From IMG/VR virus record IMGVR_UViG_2541047900_000007: 33,326 nucleotides of DNA. One strand, given 5' to 3'. The stretch comes from a virus (Duplodnaviria; Heunggongvirae; Uroviricota; Caudoviricetes). Below are positions 1 through 8,942 of the stretch, in pieces (positions within the stretch are counted from its first letter, which is position 1; the number at the start of each line of letters is the position of its first letter). The position numbers and the translations under genes are program-made. The notes beneath the pieces were generated by a model. It searched no databases and was not told where the DNA came from. It saw only the letters and a program-made list of their open reading frames with translations.

Positions 1-372
1 AGCCGCAGGCACTCCCGTTATCTGACTCCACGGGTGAGTGTGGCTGGCAGGCGCCTTGCCGGCTGCCAGGTCGTATGCAGCCTTGACCGCTTTTGGTGTG
101 GCGGCCAGCGTTTCAGAGGTGCTGTTGGTGGCACTGCTCAGTTGGGTGAACCCCTTAGCTGTCAGTGTCGCGTCCGGGTGGTTACGGGAACGTACGTGTT
201 CAGCCAGTGACTGTGCGGCTTCCTCCGTTTTCTTCTTCAGCCATTTCGTCCTGTTTGCCAGTTGCCGGGGGGCTCGATTTGATATCCCGTCTGCACCACC
301 CAGAACCGGATCTGATGTCTCCAGTTGATAGATATTTTCTTCCCACTTTTCTGTTTCATTCAGGTTTCCCAT
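1..372 (-). CDS. tail fiber protein, N-terminal part (starts at 372; gene runs off the window start)
   Basis: ATG at 372-370, two nt after the stop of the upstream gene; translation MGNLNETEKWEENIYQLETSDPVL...TAKGFTQLSSATNSTSETLAATPKAVKAAYDLA carries the conserved tail-fibre N-terminal motif; absent from ORF track because there is no stop inside the window. Confidence 0.65.
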   Translation of the reverse strand, partial: MGNLNETEKWEENIYQLETSDPVLGGADGISNRAPRQLANRTKWLKKKTEEAAQSLAEHVRSRNHPDATLTAKGFTQLSSATNSTSETLAATPKAVKAAYDLAAGKAPASHTHPWSQITGVPAA

Positions 373-374
373 AA

Positions 375-953
375 TCAACTGCTCCCGTGGTTATAACTGC
401 CATCATGGATGGCGGTATTGTTATAGCGAATGGCCACAGACTGATACTCCAGGCTGGCCAGATGGCAGCGGGCCGGTGCAAATGCAGCCAGCGTCTGACG
501 CAGCATCGCGGCCTGATCGTTAGTAATGGGCTGTTTCAGAATAACGCGATAAACTGCCCAGGCGGCTGCATCTCCATGAACAAACAGTCCGTTATAGCTG
601 CGATTGCCGTCGTAACTGAGACGACCTGTGCCTTCAATCAGATCCACTTCACCAAAGCCAAAACGGCGGATAACTTCCCGGATTGACCACGGCGTCCCTT
701 TATACCGGTGCAGTTCGATGGCTGCTTTTATAAGCATGCGGCGAACATCGTCCGATTCCGCCAGCTCCCAGCCATCGCCAGACAGTGAGAACTGCTCGCC
801 CAGCCATGGCAGCGCAGAACTGTCGACGATATCGACGAGAAAGACCATCAGTACGCTCAGGTCGATGTTATCCAGCCGTCCTGCCAGTCTTCCCAGCGTC
901 CTGAGACTGATATCACCCTCAAGCGGTGGCGGGAGTTGTAATGGCTCAGTCAT
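375..953 (-). CDS. baseplate/tail protein, P2 gpI-like (Mu gp48 position)
   Basis: 192-aa ORF overlapping the upstream J-like gene by 8 nt; position and size fit the wedge protein preceding the tail fiber. Confidence 0.6.
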   Translation of the reverse strand: MTEPLQLPPPLEGDISLRTLGRLAGRLDNIDLSVLMVFLVDIVDSSALPWLGEQFSLSGDGWELAESDDVRRMLIKAAIELHRYKGTPWSIREVIRRFGFGEVDLIEGTGRLSYDGNRSYNGLFVHGDAAAWAVYRVILKQPITNDQAAMLRQTLAAFAPARCHLASLEYQSVAIRYNNTAIHDGSYNHGSS

Positions 954-2049
954 CAGACACTCCAGTCATGTTAAGAGTGATTGCCGTACAGTTTGCCCAT
1001 TCGTTTTCTGCCACCACCCTCAGTGCCGGTGTCACCAGTTCAACCTGGTACACCCCGGAAACGGACAATGCACTGATAATCTGGCTGGGGACAATATCAC
1101 GCCCCAGCGTGGCGGCACGTGATGCCACCCAGTTCTGTATGGCGCTGTTAGCGGCATCTTTTACAGACCTGGCATCCTGATCACGATAGATCGTAATCCT
1201 GGCTTCAATGGTGTAATCCACCTTCACTGGTGTTTTAGCCCGCACTGTATCAGTGAGTGGCCTGACTTTCTCATCAGAGCAGAAACTCTCTACCAGCGTG
1301 AGAACACCGCCGTCCGGCAGACCGGTACTGAGCAGCGGATACAGATCTACGGTCCCGGGAACCGGGGAAAGCACAGCAACATCGACAATGTTGGGATGGG
1401 CCTGCATGGCATGAAAGCGGTATGCGCCACGGCTTCCGGCATTGGTGAATGACTCCGGGGCCAGCCTGATACGCTCCCGGAGCCTGTCATCGTCTTCCTG
1501 TTCTGAACCGCCGGAACTGGCCGTCAGATTGCTCACCAGCAGGTCGACGTTATCAATCTCATCGAGTAACTGACTGACCTGCGCAGGTTGCCAGCCGTTA
1601 CCAGCGGTACCGGGTTCGGTACAGGTGGACGTGACATTGACCAGCAGCAATCCGGCCTTCAGTACCACATTTGTATCGGTGGCAAAAATAACGCTGTCGG
1701 AAGCGCTGACGCGGGTGCCTGCCGGGATCAGCACATCAATGGCCAGTGCCTCATCTACGGAGAACTGGAGCGTGGTGGTGGCAGGCTGCGCGGCAAGACG
1801 GTATACACCAACCAGTTCACCGAGGTAATCAATCATCGGCTCACGGGCAAAGGCGACCAGATTCTGCTTTGCTGCCTCCTGTACCGCAACCCTGACCAGC
1901 ATTTCGCGATAGGCCCACAGATCAATCAGCAGACGTTCTGCCTGTGCCGGGTACAGCGTTTTGCCGGTATCCGCTTCATACTTCGCAATCATTTCTGCCG
2001 TGATTTTGTCGGCATCGCGTTCAATAAAATCGGGTTCTGTCAGCGCCAT
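946..2049 (-). CDS. baseplate J-like protein (Mu gp47 / P2 gpJ family)
   Basis: 367-aa ORF in the conserved V-W-J-I baseplate order; overlaps neighbours. Confidence 0.75.
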   Translation of the reverse strand: MALTEPDFIERDADKITAEMIAKYEADTGKTLYPAQAERLLIDLWAYREMLVRVAVQEAAKQNLVAFAREPMIDYLGELVGVYRLAAQPATTTLQFSVDEALAIDVLIPAGTRVSASDSVIFATDTNVVLKAGLLLVNVTSTCTEPGTAGNGWQPAQVSQLLDEIDNVDLLVSNLTASSGGSEQEDDDRLRERIRLAPESFTNAGSRGAYRFHAMQAHPNIVDVAVLSPVPGTVDLYPLLSTGLPDGGVLTLVESFCSDEKVRPLTDTVRAKTPVKVDYTIEARITIYRDQDARSVKDAANSAIQNWVASRAATLGRDIVPSQIISALSVSGVYQVELVTPALRVVAENEWANCTAITLNMTGVSDD

Positions 2050-2387
2050 AGCAGCTCCTGAGTCCGGGTCTGTCCGTCTGAGCCTTTCCAGCTCACCCGG
2101 AGCGTAAGATGTTCGCCGTCGACGGCGGGTTTAACTGACATAAGCTGGCAGCGGGGCTCCCAGCGCCGGATGGCATCGACGGATTCGCGCACCACATGCG
2201 GAATGGCCCGGTCTACAGGCCAGTCGATATAAAGATGCAGATTGCTGCCGAACTCCGGGCGATGCGGGTCGCTGCCGCGGGGAGTCCGCAGGATAATTTG
2301 AATCGCCTGCCGGATATCATCCAGCCCCCGGACAATTTCGCCGGGAGCCTGCAGGGCTGGTTGCCAGAATACTGAGGTCGTTTTCAT
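2040..2387 (-). CDS. baseplate protein W-like (GPW/gp25 family)
   Basis: 115-aa ORF directly upstream of the J-like gene, typical size and position of gpW. Confidence 0.65.
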   Translation of the reverse strand: MKTTSVFWQPALQAPGEIVRGLDDIRQAIQIILRTPRGSDPHRPEFGSNLHLYIDWPVDRAIPHVVRESVDAIRRWEPRCQLMSVKPAVDGEHLTLRVSWKGSDGQTRTQELLWR

Positions 2388-2418
2388 GGGGGCAGTATTG
2401 CCCCCGTGCGGGAACGCT

Positions 2419-2450
2419 GATATTAAAGGCGTTTAAGAAGCTCAGTGGGA
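2419..2450 (-). promoter_or_regulatory. candidate late promoter upstream of the W-like baseplate gene (class B motif)
   Basis: Plus strand GATATTAAAGGCGTTTAAGAAG; abuts the V-like gene stop; ATACTGCC element downstream on minus strand. Confidence 0.45.
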
Positions 2451-3038
2451 GTGGTGGCTGGAGTTTTCGCCATCAGACAGCATACTGCCCGTGGCATGGG
2501 CATTCCCTTTAATCTCGATATTGCCATGGATGGTCGCGGTAACACCTTTACCACCAGAACCCGCCATGCCTCCTTCGTAAATCAGCTTTCCCCTGACACG
2601 CAGATCTCCGGTAAGTTCGGTTTCCGGTGCGTCAATCGTGGCTTTCTGTGTTTTCAATACCACATCAGCACCACACTCAATGACAATATGCTCAATGCCG
2701 CCCCGGATGGTCAGAGTGTGCGTCTTCCGGTTGTAGCTGTACTCTGCACCATCAGCAAACCGGGTTCCCCGGATATTTTTGTCACTGAACGGTGGTTTAT
2801 CGACGTCTGAATACACCGCGCCCAGAATAACACCATCCTCGCCGTTGGCATCGAGCAGCACCTCAACCTGCTCCCCCACGTCAGGGAGCCAGTAATCTTT
2901 GTTATCCTGGGTATTACGCTGCAGCACGTTAAGCCAGTTTGTGCGCAGGTTATCGCATTCAGGCAGACGAACGCGGGCCTGAACCCTGTCGGCATCAACG
3001 GCACTGACCGTACCGACCTGACGAGTGACACCAGTCAT
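2442..3038 (-). CDS. baseplate assembly/spike protein V-like (Mu gp45)
   Basis: 198-aa ORF with Gly-rich, His-rich C-terminus (SSHHSH), overlaps the D-like gene by 4 nt. Confidence 0.65.
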   Translation of the reverse strand: MTGVTRQVGTVSAVDADRVQARVRLPECDNLRTNWLNVLQRNTQDNKDYWLPDVGEQVEVLLDANGEDGVILGAVYSDVDKPPFSDKNIRGTRFADGAEYSYNRKTHTLTIRGGIEHIVIECGADVVLKTQKATIDAPETELTGDLRVRGKLIYEGGMAGSGGKGVTATIHGNIEIKGNAHATGSMLSDGENSSHHSH

Positions 3039-4189
3039 TTTTTCTTCTCCTTAATCACCGTCGATGTACTGCCATCCGGGTGATAAACCGTGAGTTTCTG
3101 AGTTTTTTGTTTTTTCCCTCTTGTGACTGGCCCCCGTGCCACTTCCAGCTCTGTGGTGTAGCCGCTGTTACGGTCAAACGCATGGCGGGCAGTGGTTATG
3201 AGCCATGGCCCGGATAACTGCCCAAAACCCACCAGTTCAATTTTGTTGCCTGCTGTCAGTTGAGGTGTTCCCGTCAGCGTCAGGGAGCCGTTCTGCTGGT
3301 ATTCGTTATGTCTGGCCAGTGCTGAATCCGCTTTAATCCGGGCACTGTCCGGGTCGCTGACGCGGCTGTTAACTTTAAGTGAGTCAGCGCTGGTAACCTT
3401 ACCACCTTTGAGCTTTTTGTCGCTTTCACGGGTACCACCATCAGCTTCGTGGACGATCAGTTTTTTACTGCTGCTTTTCTGGTGTTTTACCTTTGCAGAT
3501 TTATAGACCCGGTTGATGGTGTCACGCAGGGAAAAGCGGGCCACATCCTGCGGTTTTAACTGCCTGACCGTCTCCTGACTGCGCAGTGTGGCCAGATGAG
3601 AAAAAATCAGCTGGTCACTGACCACTTTCACTGCATAACCATACTCGCTGGCCAGCCGGCGCAGAAAACCCACGTCGGTTTCAGCATACTGGGTCACCCG
3701 GTCGATTCTGATGGACTCAATGCTGCCCACCAGTTTCAGCCGGTGCTTTCTGGCAATCCGCCCCGCAACAGCTGCCAGCGTGGTGTTCTCAAAACCACGG
3801 CTGGATTTAGTCCGCAGAGCACTGTTAACCGAGGTGGCCACCCCACGGATAGAAACAACGGAAGCGGGCGAACTCACTTCGATCTCGTCTATAGAGAACG
3901 TACCGCAGGACAGCAGCTTCTCGCCCTGATAGCCCATTTTCAGCGTCAGCGTGTCACCCTTGCCCGGATACCACTTATCCAGCCAGCGGCCATCGGTGTC
4001 GTCCAGCTCCACCTCAATGGTATCGGACTCATTTTTGATGTTATCGCTCCAGGTCACACGGGTGACATAAGGCGCGATATCAGAGGTGATGTTTTTCTGC
4101 AGATACCACAGAGTGAACACCGGTGTCAGCACATCGCTGACGCCGGTTAACGCTGATGTGACTTGCGCAGTGCTGTTTATCTCAGCCAT
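3035..4189 (-). CDS. tail/baseplate hub protein, P2 gpD-like (Mu P/gp44 family)
   Basis: 384-aa ORF following tape measure/U/X genes; size and order fit late control gene D family. Confidence 0.7.
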   Translation of the reverse strand: MAEINSTAQVTSALTGVSDVLTPVFTLWYLQKNITSDIAPYVTRVTWSDNIKNESDTIEVELDDTDGRWLDKWYPGKGDTLTLKMGYQGEKLLSCGTFSIDEIEVSSPASVVSIRGVATSVNSALRTKSSRGFENTTLAAVAGRIARKHRLKLVGSIESIRIDRVTQYAETDVGFLRRLASEYGYAVKVVSDQLIFSHLATLRSQETVRQLKPQDVARFSLRDTINRVYKSAKVKHQKSSSKKLIVHEADGGTRESDKKLKGGKVTSADSLKVNSRVSDPDSARIKADSALARHNEYQQNGSLTLTGTPQLTAGNKIELVGFGQLSGPWLITTARHAFDRNSGYTTELEVARGPVTRGKKQKTQKLTVYHPDGSTSTVIKEKKK

Positions 4190-4392
4190 GGGGCAATATC
4201 CTCTTCTGTACGGGCTTCTTCAGTCTCAATCACCGGGATCAGTAACAACAGCCCGGAGGGCAGCACCGGCGTGATGGCCACGTGCGGATTGGCGGCAATA
4301 ATCCGGGGATAGCCCAGCGGGTCACCGTAGTACTGCCATGCCAGCGAATCCCAGCGCTCTCCGTCACGGGTAACATGTTCAAGAAACATCAC
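4177..4392 (-). CDS. tail protein X-like (small LysM-like tail protein)
   Basis: 71-aa ORF with RWDSLAWQYYG...AANP motif resembling P2 gpX; ATGA start/stop overlap with upstream gene. Confidence 0.55.
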   Translation of the reverse strand: MMFLEHVTRDGERWDSLAWQYYGDPLGYPRIIAANPHVAITPVLPSGLLLLIPVIETEEARTEEDIAPWLR

Positions 4393-5273
4393 ACACTCCT
4401 CGTCAGTATTCTGGCGGCCATTGCACTTAATCCCGGAGACATGCGGTTGAATGCTGTGCCGGCGGCGTTAAGCTGCCCGGAAACGGTATCCAGAGCACCT
4501 GCAATATTTCTTTTGTCCACACCACTCAGCGCAGACTGTGCCTGCTGTACATACGTGGCTGCTTCGCTGGCTGTTCTGGCCAGACTGATGGCATCGGGCA
4601 TGGATTCAGAGAGTGCGTTAAACGCCGGAACACTTTTCCCCAGAGCCCCGGAGATATTACCCAGTCCGCTCATCAGCCCCGGCACACGGGTCAGTGCGAC
4701 AACGGGGTTATCCTTCATTTTCTGTGTCACCCGAACGGCGCTGATAGTGGTCTGGAGTACAGACTGCGCCTGTTTCGCATAGTTGACGCCGTTGCGGATG
4801 AACTGCGCCACCCCTGAAGGTGAAGGAATGGCACCGGAGACCGCCCCGACACCCGGGAGCTTCGTGCGTATTGCCGGTGGTTGCAGAGGATTTTTCGGAT
4901 CACCGGTGTATTCCCGGAGAGACACGGTGGCACTGACAGCCAGCACGTTACCGGTGCTGTCTGTCTGCTCGCTGGTTGCGGTCACATCGGTAATCACGAA
5001 CCAGCCACGATAGTCACCGTTGCCGAAGACCAGCGCCAGTGCCTGATGGGCTTTCATGGCTGTTCGCAGTCTCGCCAGCTCCACATCGGGTACACAATAA
5101 TGCTGATGGAAAACCAGAGTTATCTGGATTTCGTCCAGCCTGTCGCCGACGAACTGCAGGCCAGGCTTACCCCCGATGCGGGCATGCTCCGCATAATCGA
5201 CGCCGAACGTGGCCTCGAAGCCGTCCCAGTAGGTAATCAGCTCAAACTCAATATCACCCAGTACGGCAAACAT
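4389..5273 (-). CDS. tail protein with gpU-like N-terminal domain (Mu N / DNA circulation protein family)
   Basis: 294-aa ORF immediately downstream of tape measure; N-terminal pattern IGGKPGLQFVGD...GWFVI resembles gpU/DNA-circulation N-domain. Confidence 0.5.
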   Translation of the reverse strand: MFAVLGDIEFELITYWDGFEATFGVDYAEHARIGGKPGLQFVGDRLDEIQITLVFHQHYCVPDVELARLRTAMKAHQALALVFGNGDYRGWFVITDVTATSEQTDSTGNVLAVSATVSLREYTGDPKNPLQPPAIRTKLPGVGAVSGAIPSPSGVAQFIRNGVNYAKQAQSVLQTTISAVRVTQKMKDNPVVALTRVPGLMSGLGNISGALGKSVPAFNALSESMPDAISLARTASEAATYVQQAQSALSGVDKRNIAGALDTVSGQLNAAGTAFNRMSPGLSAMAARILTRSV

Positions 5274-5899
5274 CAGCGGTACTCCTTACGTTGTTTCTGA
5301 GCCAGCAGACGCTCCAGCATTTTTTCCAGCTCATGCAGGCTCATATTCAGGGCGCCAGTCAGTCCGGCAGGCGCTGTGGTTTCCCTGCCATTGAGGAAAA
5401 ACTGAGGATTAAAGCTGACCTGGATACCACCAGACGTTCCACCGCCGGTTGCAGCTGCACCACGGCCTGAATATCCGGCAGCCAGGATTTCAGGCGAGGG
5501 GATACGGGGAACATCCGGTGTCATCTCATTTGCCAGACGTTGCCCTGGTAAAATCGATGCCCGGGTGGAGAGCGGAATAGCGGGCATGGAAGACAAACTA
5601 TTGATTACGGCTCCGATCGCATTTTTAGCAGACGACATAAACCCATTGATATCGGGCAACGGCATACTGAAGCGAACACCTGAAGTGTTATCCCGTATTT
5701 CTGGCCCCTGAATGCTCACGGGCATTTTGGGGAGCAGTTCACTGGCCATTCGCTGCCCGGCCAGAGCTGCAAGCGGAGTGGTCCGCTGCAGGCCAATGGC
5801 GGCCCCCTGCGCGATATTGTCACCAAAGCCCATAAACACGCGGCTCGGCGAATGAATGCCCAGCTTTTCGCTGAACCAGCCACTGATGCTGTCACCCAT
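5273..5899 (-). CDS. tape measure protein C-terminal fragment (frame stays open upstream to about 6148 but has no start codon before ATG 5899)
   Basis: Begins MGDSISGWF, the same peptide that ends each upstream tape-measure repeat unit; same frame as the ancestral tape measure after removing a 145-bp partial repeat. Confidence 0.5.
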   Translation of the reverse strand: MGDSISGWFSEKLGIHSPSRVFMGFGDNIAQGAAIGLQRTTPLAALAGQRMASELLPKMPVSIQGPEIRDNTSGVRFSMPLPDINGFMSSAKNAIGAVINSLSSMPAIPLSTRASILPGQRLANEMTPDVPRIPSPEILAAGYSGRGAAATGGGTSGGIQVSFNPQFFLNGRETTAPAGLTGALNMSLHELEKMLERLLAQKQRKEYR

Positions 5900-6555
5900 T
5901 CCGGTTACACTGGATTTGAGCGACTCCCATTTGTTTTTGATACCGTTAATCAGACCGTCGACAAGATGGCCACCGAAGTCGGTGAACTTTGCCGGCAGAT
6001 CAACACCAAGATATTTCAGCGCAGCTGCAAAGGCTTTATAGAGCAGACCTGCCGGCGACCAGTTAATCAGCAGCTTACCAGTTCCCGCGATACCGCCGTT
6101 AAAGGCTTCCTGAATGTCAGCCCAGCACTGTTTAAACCAGCTACTGATGGCCGAAATATTTCAGCGCAGCCGCAAAGGCTTTATAGAGCAGGCCTGCCGG
6201 CGACCAGTTAATCAGCAACTTACCAGTTCCCGCGATACCGCCGTTAAAGGCTTCCTGAATGTCAGCCCAGCACTGTTTAAACCAGCTACTGATGCTGTCA
6301 CCCATTCCGGTTACACTGGATTTGAGCGACCCCCATTTGTTTTTGATACCGTTAATCAGACCGTCGATAAGATGGCCACCGAAGTCGGTGAACTTTGCCG
6401 GCAGAGCAACGCCGAAATATTTCAGCGCAGCCGCAAAGGCTTTATAGAGCAGGCCTGCCGGCGACCAGTTAATCAGCAACTTACCAATTCCCACAATGCC
6501 GCCGTTAAAGGCTTCCTGAATGTCTGCCCAGCGCTGTTTAAACCAGCCACTGACT
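5873..6555. repeat. imperfect tandem repeat inside the tape measure gene: 261-bp units at 5889-6149 and 6295-6555 with a 145-bp partial unit at 6150-6294
   Basis: Direct alignment of plus-strand text; the same ~87-aa peptide (SWFKQ.WADIQEAFNGG...KYFG...GMGDSIS) recurs in the translation. Confidence 0.85.
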
Positions 6556-8369
6556 GCCCCCCAGTTGCGGTAGATAAGGTAAGCTGCTGCCGCGACAGCG
6601 GTGATAACGAGACCGATGGGATTCATCATCAGCGCACGTCCAATCCAGAGAACAGCACGTCCGGCGAGCATAATTCCGCGAACCAGCCCCCCGGAGAGCA
6701 CGCCACTCAGTGTTCTGGCTCCTTTGGCGACGGCGCTAAATCCGGTCACCAGCCAGCGGAGCTTACCGCCTTGCCCCAGTGCGAGCGACAGACGAAGCCA
6801 GTTGGCCCGAAGTAAAACAGCATTTTTCCAGACACTTACAAAGGGGGAAATAAGGAGATTCAGCCCCAGTTTGAGACCAACAGTCGCTATCTTAATCGCA
6901 AGGAGCGCACTGATGAGCTTAAAAGCCCCACTGACAAATTGCGGGTGAGTCGCTACCCAGTGTTTTGCCCCCTGAATGAGTGGAAGCAGTTCCTGAGTCA
7001 GAGAAATAAAAGATGGAGCTAATTGATCGCCCAGCGTAATTGCCAGATCACGACTGCTGACCATAAGTGCTTTAGTGGCTTCAAGGGGAGATTTCAGCCG
7101 CTGATCATAAGCACTGGCAAGCAAATCGTTATCCGCAGCCCTGAGAGCACCGGCACGGATCTCTCGATATCTGTCCATGTTGGCCAGCATCGGGCGGATA
7201 AATGCCATGACCTGCATATCCGCGAACATATCGCCCAGACCAAAGTTTTTCGCCAGAGCCTGAAGTGCCTCATCTCTTGCCGTATCATTCTTTATTTTCA
7301 TGGCTGATTTGAAGCCGGCCAGCGCTTCGGGGCTTTTGGCATTGAGGTAACGTTCTATAACACTCAACATCCCTTCAATCGGAGAGATCCCCGCAGCTTT
7401 ATAACTCGCAATAGATCCCTGCAAATCAATACCCAGATCAGCAAACTGTTTCTGAGTATCGCGGGCAAAAATTTTGGTAAGAAAGTTTTTAAAATTATTG
7501 GCTGCTTCGTCGGTGGAACCTGCACCGATTTTTGCTATCTGGAGACTGGCCCCGATTTCAGCAACAGCCTCTTTTCCACTGGCAATACCCGCCATCATTG
7601 GGGCCAGGGACTGCATCCACTTGACCTGATCCGGGATTTCAAATGACCCCTGGTCACCGGCATAAGCCATAATATTCTGAACGGCACCAAAATCTCTGGC
7701 CGCACCTTTCAGGGAGTTTTGCCAGACTGCGGCCACTTTTGCCCAGTCCTGAGCAGACGTGCGTGTTGCCGTTGCCGCGCGGGCAATATCCGGCATCAGA
7801 AAACCGATATCTGACACATTATCAATATTGTCGCTGATGAGTGAACCCACCGCCTCCTGCAGCTCATCCTGATACTGATTGTATTTAAGCGCCCAGCCTT
7901 TTATCTGTCCGGCAAGTGCATCCCGCGTTTTATTGTCATATTTTGCGGTGATCGACATATCAATCATTTTGTCCTGAAAAGACATGGACTGCTGAACGGC
8001 AGGGGAAACCGTATGATAAACAGTCTGTGCCATGCCATACGCTTCAATCCCCTGACCATACAGCGCCATGCGGTTAGCTTTCAGCGCATCACTGGTAGCG
8101 GATGCCGCTGACAGACGGCGCTGCTGGCGCTCAATTTGCTCCATGGTGCGGCTTACCCGCAGCAGCTCGCTGTTGAGATGCTGCATCCGGGAAGAACCCA
8201 GTTGACCATAACGTTCTGTTGCACGGGTTAAAGCGTTCTGACGTTCCTGCAGGCGGCGTGAGGTATCGCTCAGGGAATCAAGCGCACGGCGGGTACCGCT
8301 CATTGCAGAACGGAATGTGCTACCAATCATCCCGCCGATAACAACGCCGACTGAAAACTGTCCCGACAT
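6141..8369 (-). CDS. tail tape measure protein, N-terminal 742 aa (terminated by a frameshift at a repeat junction)
   Basis: Long ORF after the tail chaperone; GGAGGT ribosome-binding site before ATG 8369; coiled-coil and hydrophobic stretches typical of tape measure; ends HQ* exactly at the partial-repeat junction. Confidence 0.8.
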   Translation of the reverse strand: MSGQFSVGVVIGGMIGSTFRSAMSGTRRALDSLSDTSRRLQERQNALTRATERYGQLGSSRMQHLNSELLRVSRTMEQIERQQRRLSAASATSDALKANRMALYGQGIEAYGMAQTVYHTVSPAVQQSMSFQDKMIDMSITAKYDNKTRDALAGQIKGWALKYNQYQDELQEAVGSLISDNIDNVSDIGFLMPDIARAATATRTSAQDWAKVAAVWQNSLKGAARDFGAVQNIMAYAGDQGSFEIPDQVKWMQSLAPMMAGIASGKEAVAEIGASLQIAKIGAGSTDEAANNFKNFLTKIFARDTQKQFADLGIDLQGSIASYKAAGISPIEGMLSVIERYLNAKSPEALAGFKSAMKIKNDTARDEALQALAKNFGLGDMFADMQVMAFIRPMLANMDRYREIRAGALRAADNDLLASAYDQRLKSPLEATKALMVSSRDLAITLGDQLAPSFISLTQELLPLIQGAKHWVATHPQFVSGAFKLISALLAIKIATVGLKLGLNLLISPFVSVWKNAVLLRANWLRLSLALGQGGKLRWLVTGFSAVAKGARTLSGVLSGGLVRGIMLAGRAVLWIGRALMMNPIGLVITAVAAAAYLIYRNWGAVSGWFKQRWADIQEAFNGGIVGIGKLLINWSPAGLLYKAFAAALKYFGVALPAKFTDFGGHLIDGLINGIKNKWGSLKSSVTGMGDSISSWFKQCWADIQEAFNGGIAGTGKLLINWSPAGLLYKAFAAALKYFGHQ

Positions 8370-8444
8370 AGTGGTTAACCTCCGGGGAAGGTGAAAAGAC
8401 GTGAGGGGATAACGCAGAACAGCCGCTACTGGCGGCTGTCTGTA

Positions 8445-8862
8445 CTATGATTTGTCGCCGTACTCGCTTTTTATTTGCTCTTCAGCCTGCTCCAGCCACA
8501 TCTCCAGATCGTCAGTATCGAGGGCATCAATCTCCCCCGGCTGAAACCGGAACCATCTCGCCAGCAGCCCCTGCGCCTGCGTCAGCGCCCTGGTTGCTCT
8601 CACCCATCCCCGTGATGAGCTGAAATCGTTTCTGTAACTGCAGGTAATCAGCCAGATCCATATTGTCGAGATCTTCCGGGAGAAGACCAGTACTGCGGGC
8701 AATCAGCGGTTCGTCCCAGTCTGCCGGGTTTTTGCTGATTTTGCGCACCTGCTTCAGGTCTTTTACCGTCAGGCGTTTCAGTTCAACCAGCTCAATTCTG
8801 GTGCCTGCAGCAGTGGTGAAGGGATAAGACAATTTAAAAGTATCGGATGGGGTCTGTGACAT
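8445..8862 (-). CDS. predicted frameshift-extended chaperone (E+E'-like fusion; +1 or -2 shift near 8534-8540)
   Basis: Second ORF 8445-8702 overlaps the 3' end of the chaperone ORF in the +1 frame; G5 run CCGGGGGAG lies just before the chaperone stop; conserved chaperone/tape-measure frameshift arrangement. Confidence 0.4.
8527..8862 (-). CDS. tail assembly chaperone, P2 gpE-like
   Basis: 111-aa ORF between tube and tape measure genes; CAGGAG ribosome-binding site; gpE-like LTVKDLKQ...DLADYLQLQKRF pattern. Confidence 0.7.
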   Translation of the reverse strand: MSQTPSDTFKLSYPFTTAAGTRIELVELKRLTVKDLKQVRKISKNPADWDEPLIARSTGLLPEDLDNMDLADYLQLQKRFQLITGMGESNQGADAGAGAAGEMVPVSAGGD

Positions 8863-8913
8863 GATTGTGCTCCTGTGTAAGTTCAGGGCAGTATGTCGGG
8901 AGAAGCGCGTGAC

Positions 8914-8942
8914 GGATATTAAAGGAGATTAAGAAGAAGGGG
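8914..8942 (-). promoter_or_regulatory. candidate late promoter upstream of the tail chaperone/tape measure genes (class B motif)
   Basis: Plus strand GATATTAAAGGAGATTAAGAAG, near-identical to the site at 2419-2440; ATACTGCC element downstream on minus strand. Confidence 0.45.

Noticed and set aside
38-328. 96-aa plus-strand ORF at the window start
   Set aside because: The minus strand here encodes a well-supported tail fiber N-terminus, so the plus-strand ORF is antisense.
5873-6555. Possible CRISPR array
   Set aside because: Units are 261 bp, contiguous without spacers, and protein-coding within the tape measure gene.
6114-6815. 233-aa plus-strand ORF with internal repeats
   Set aside because: The repetition is the mirror of the tape measure tandem repeat on the other strand; not an independent gene.
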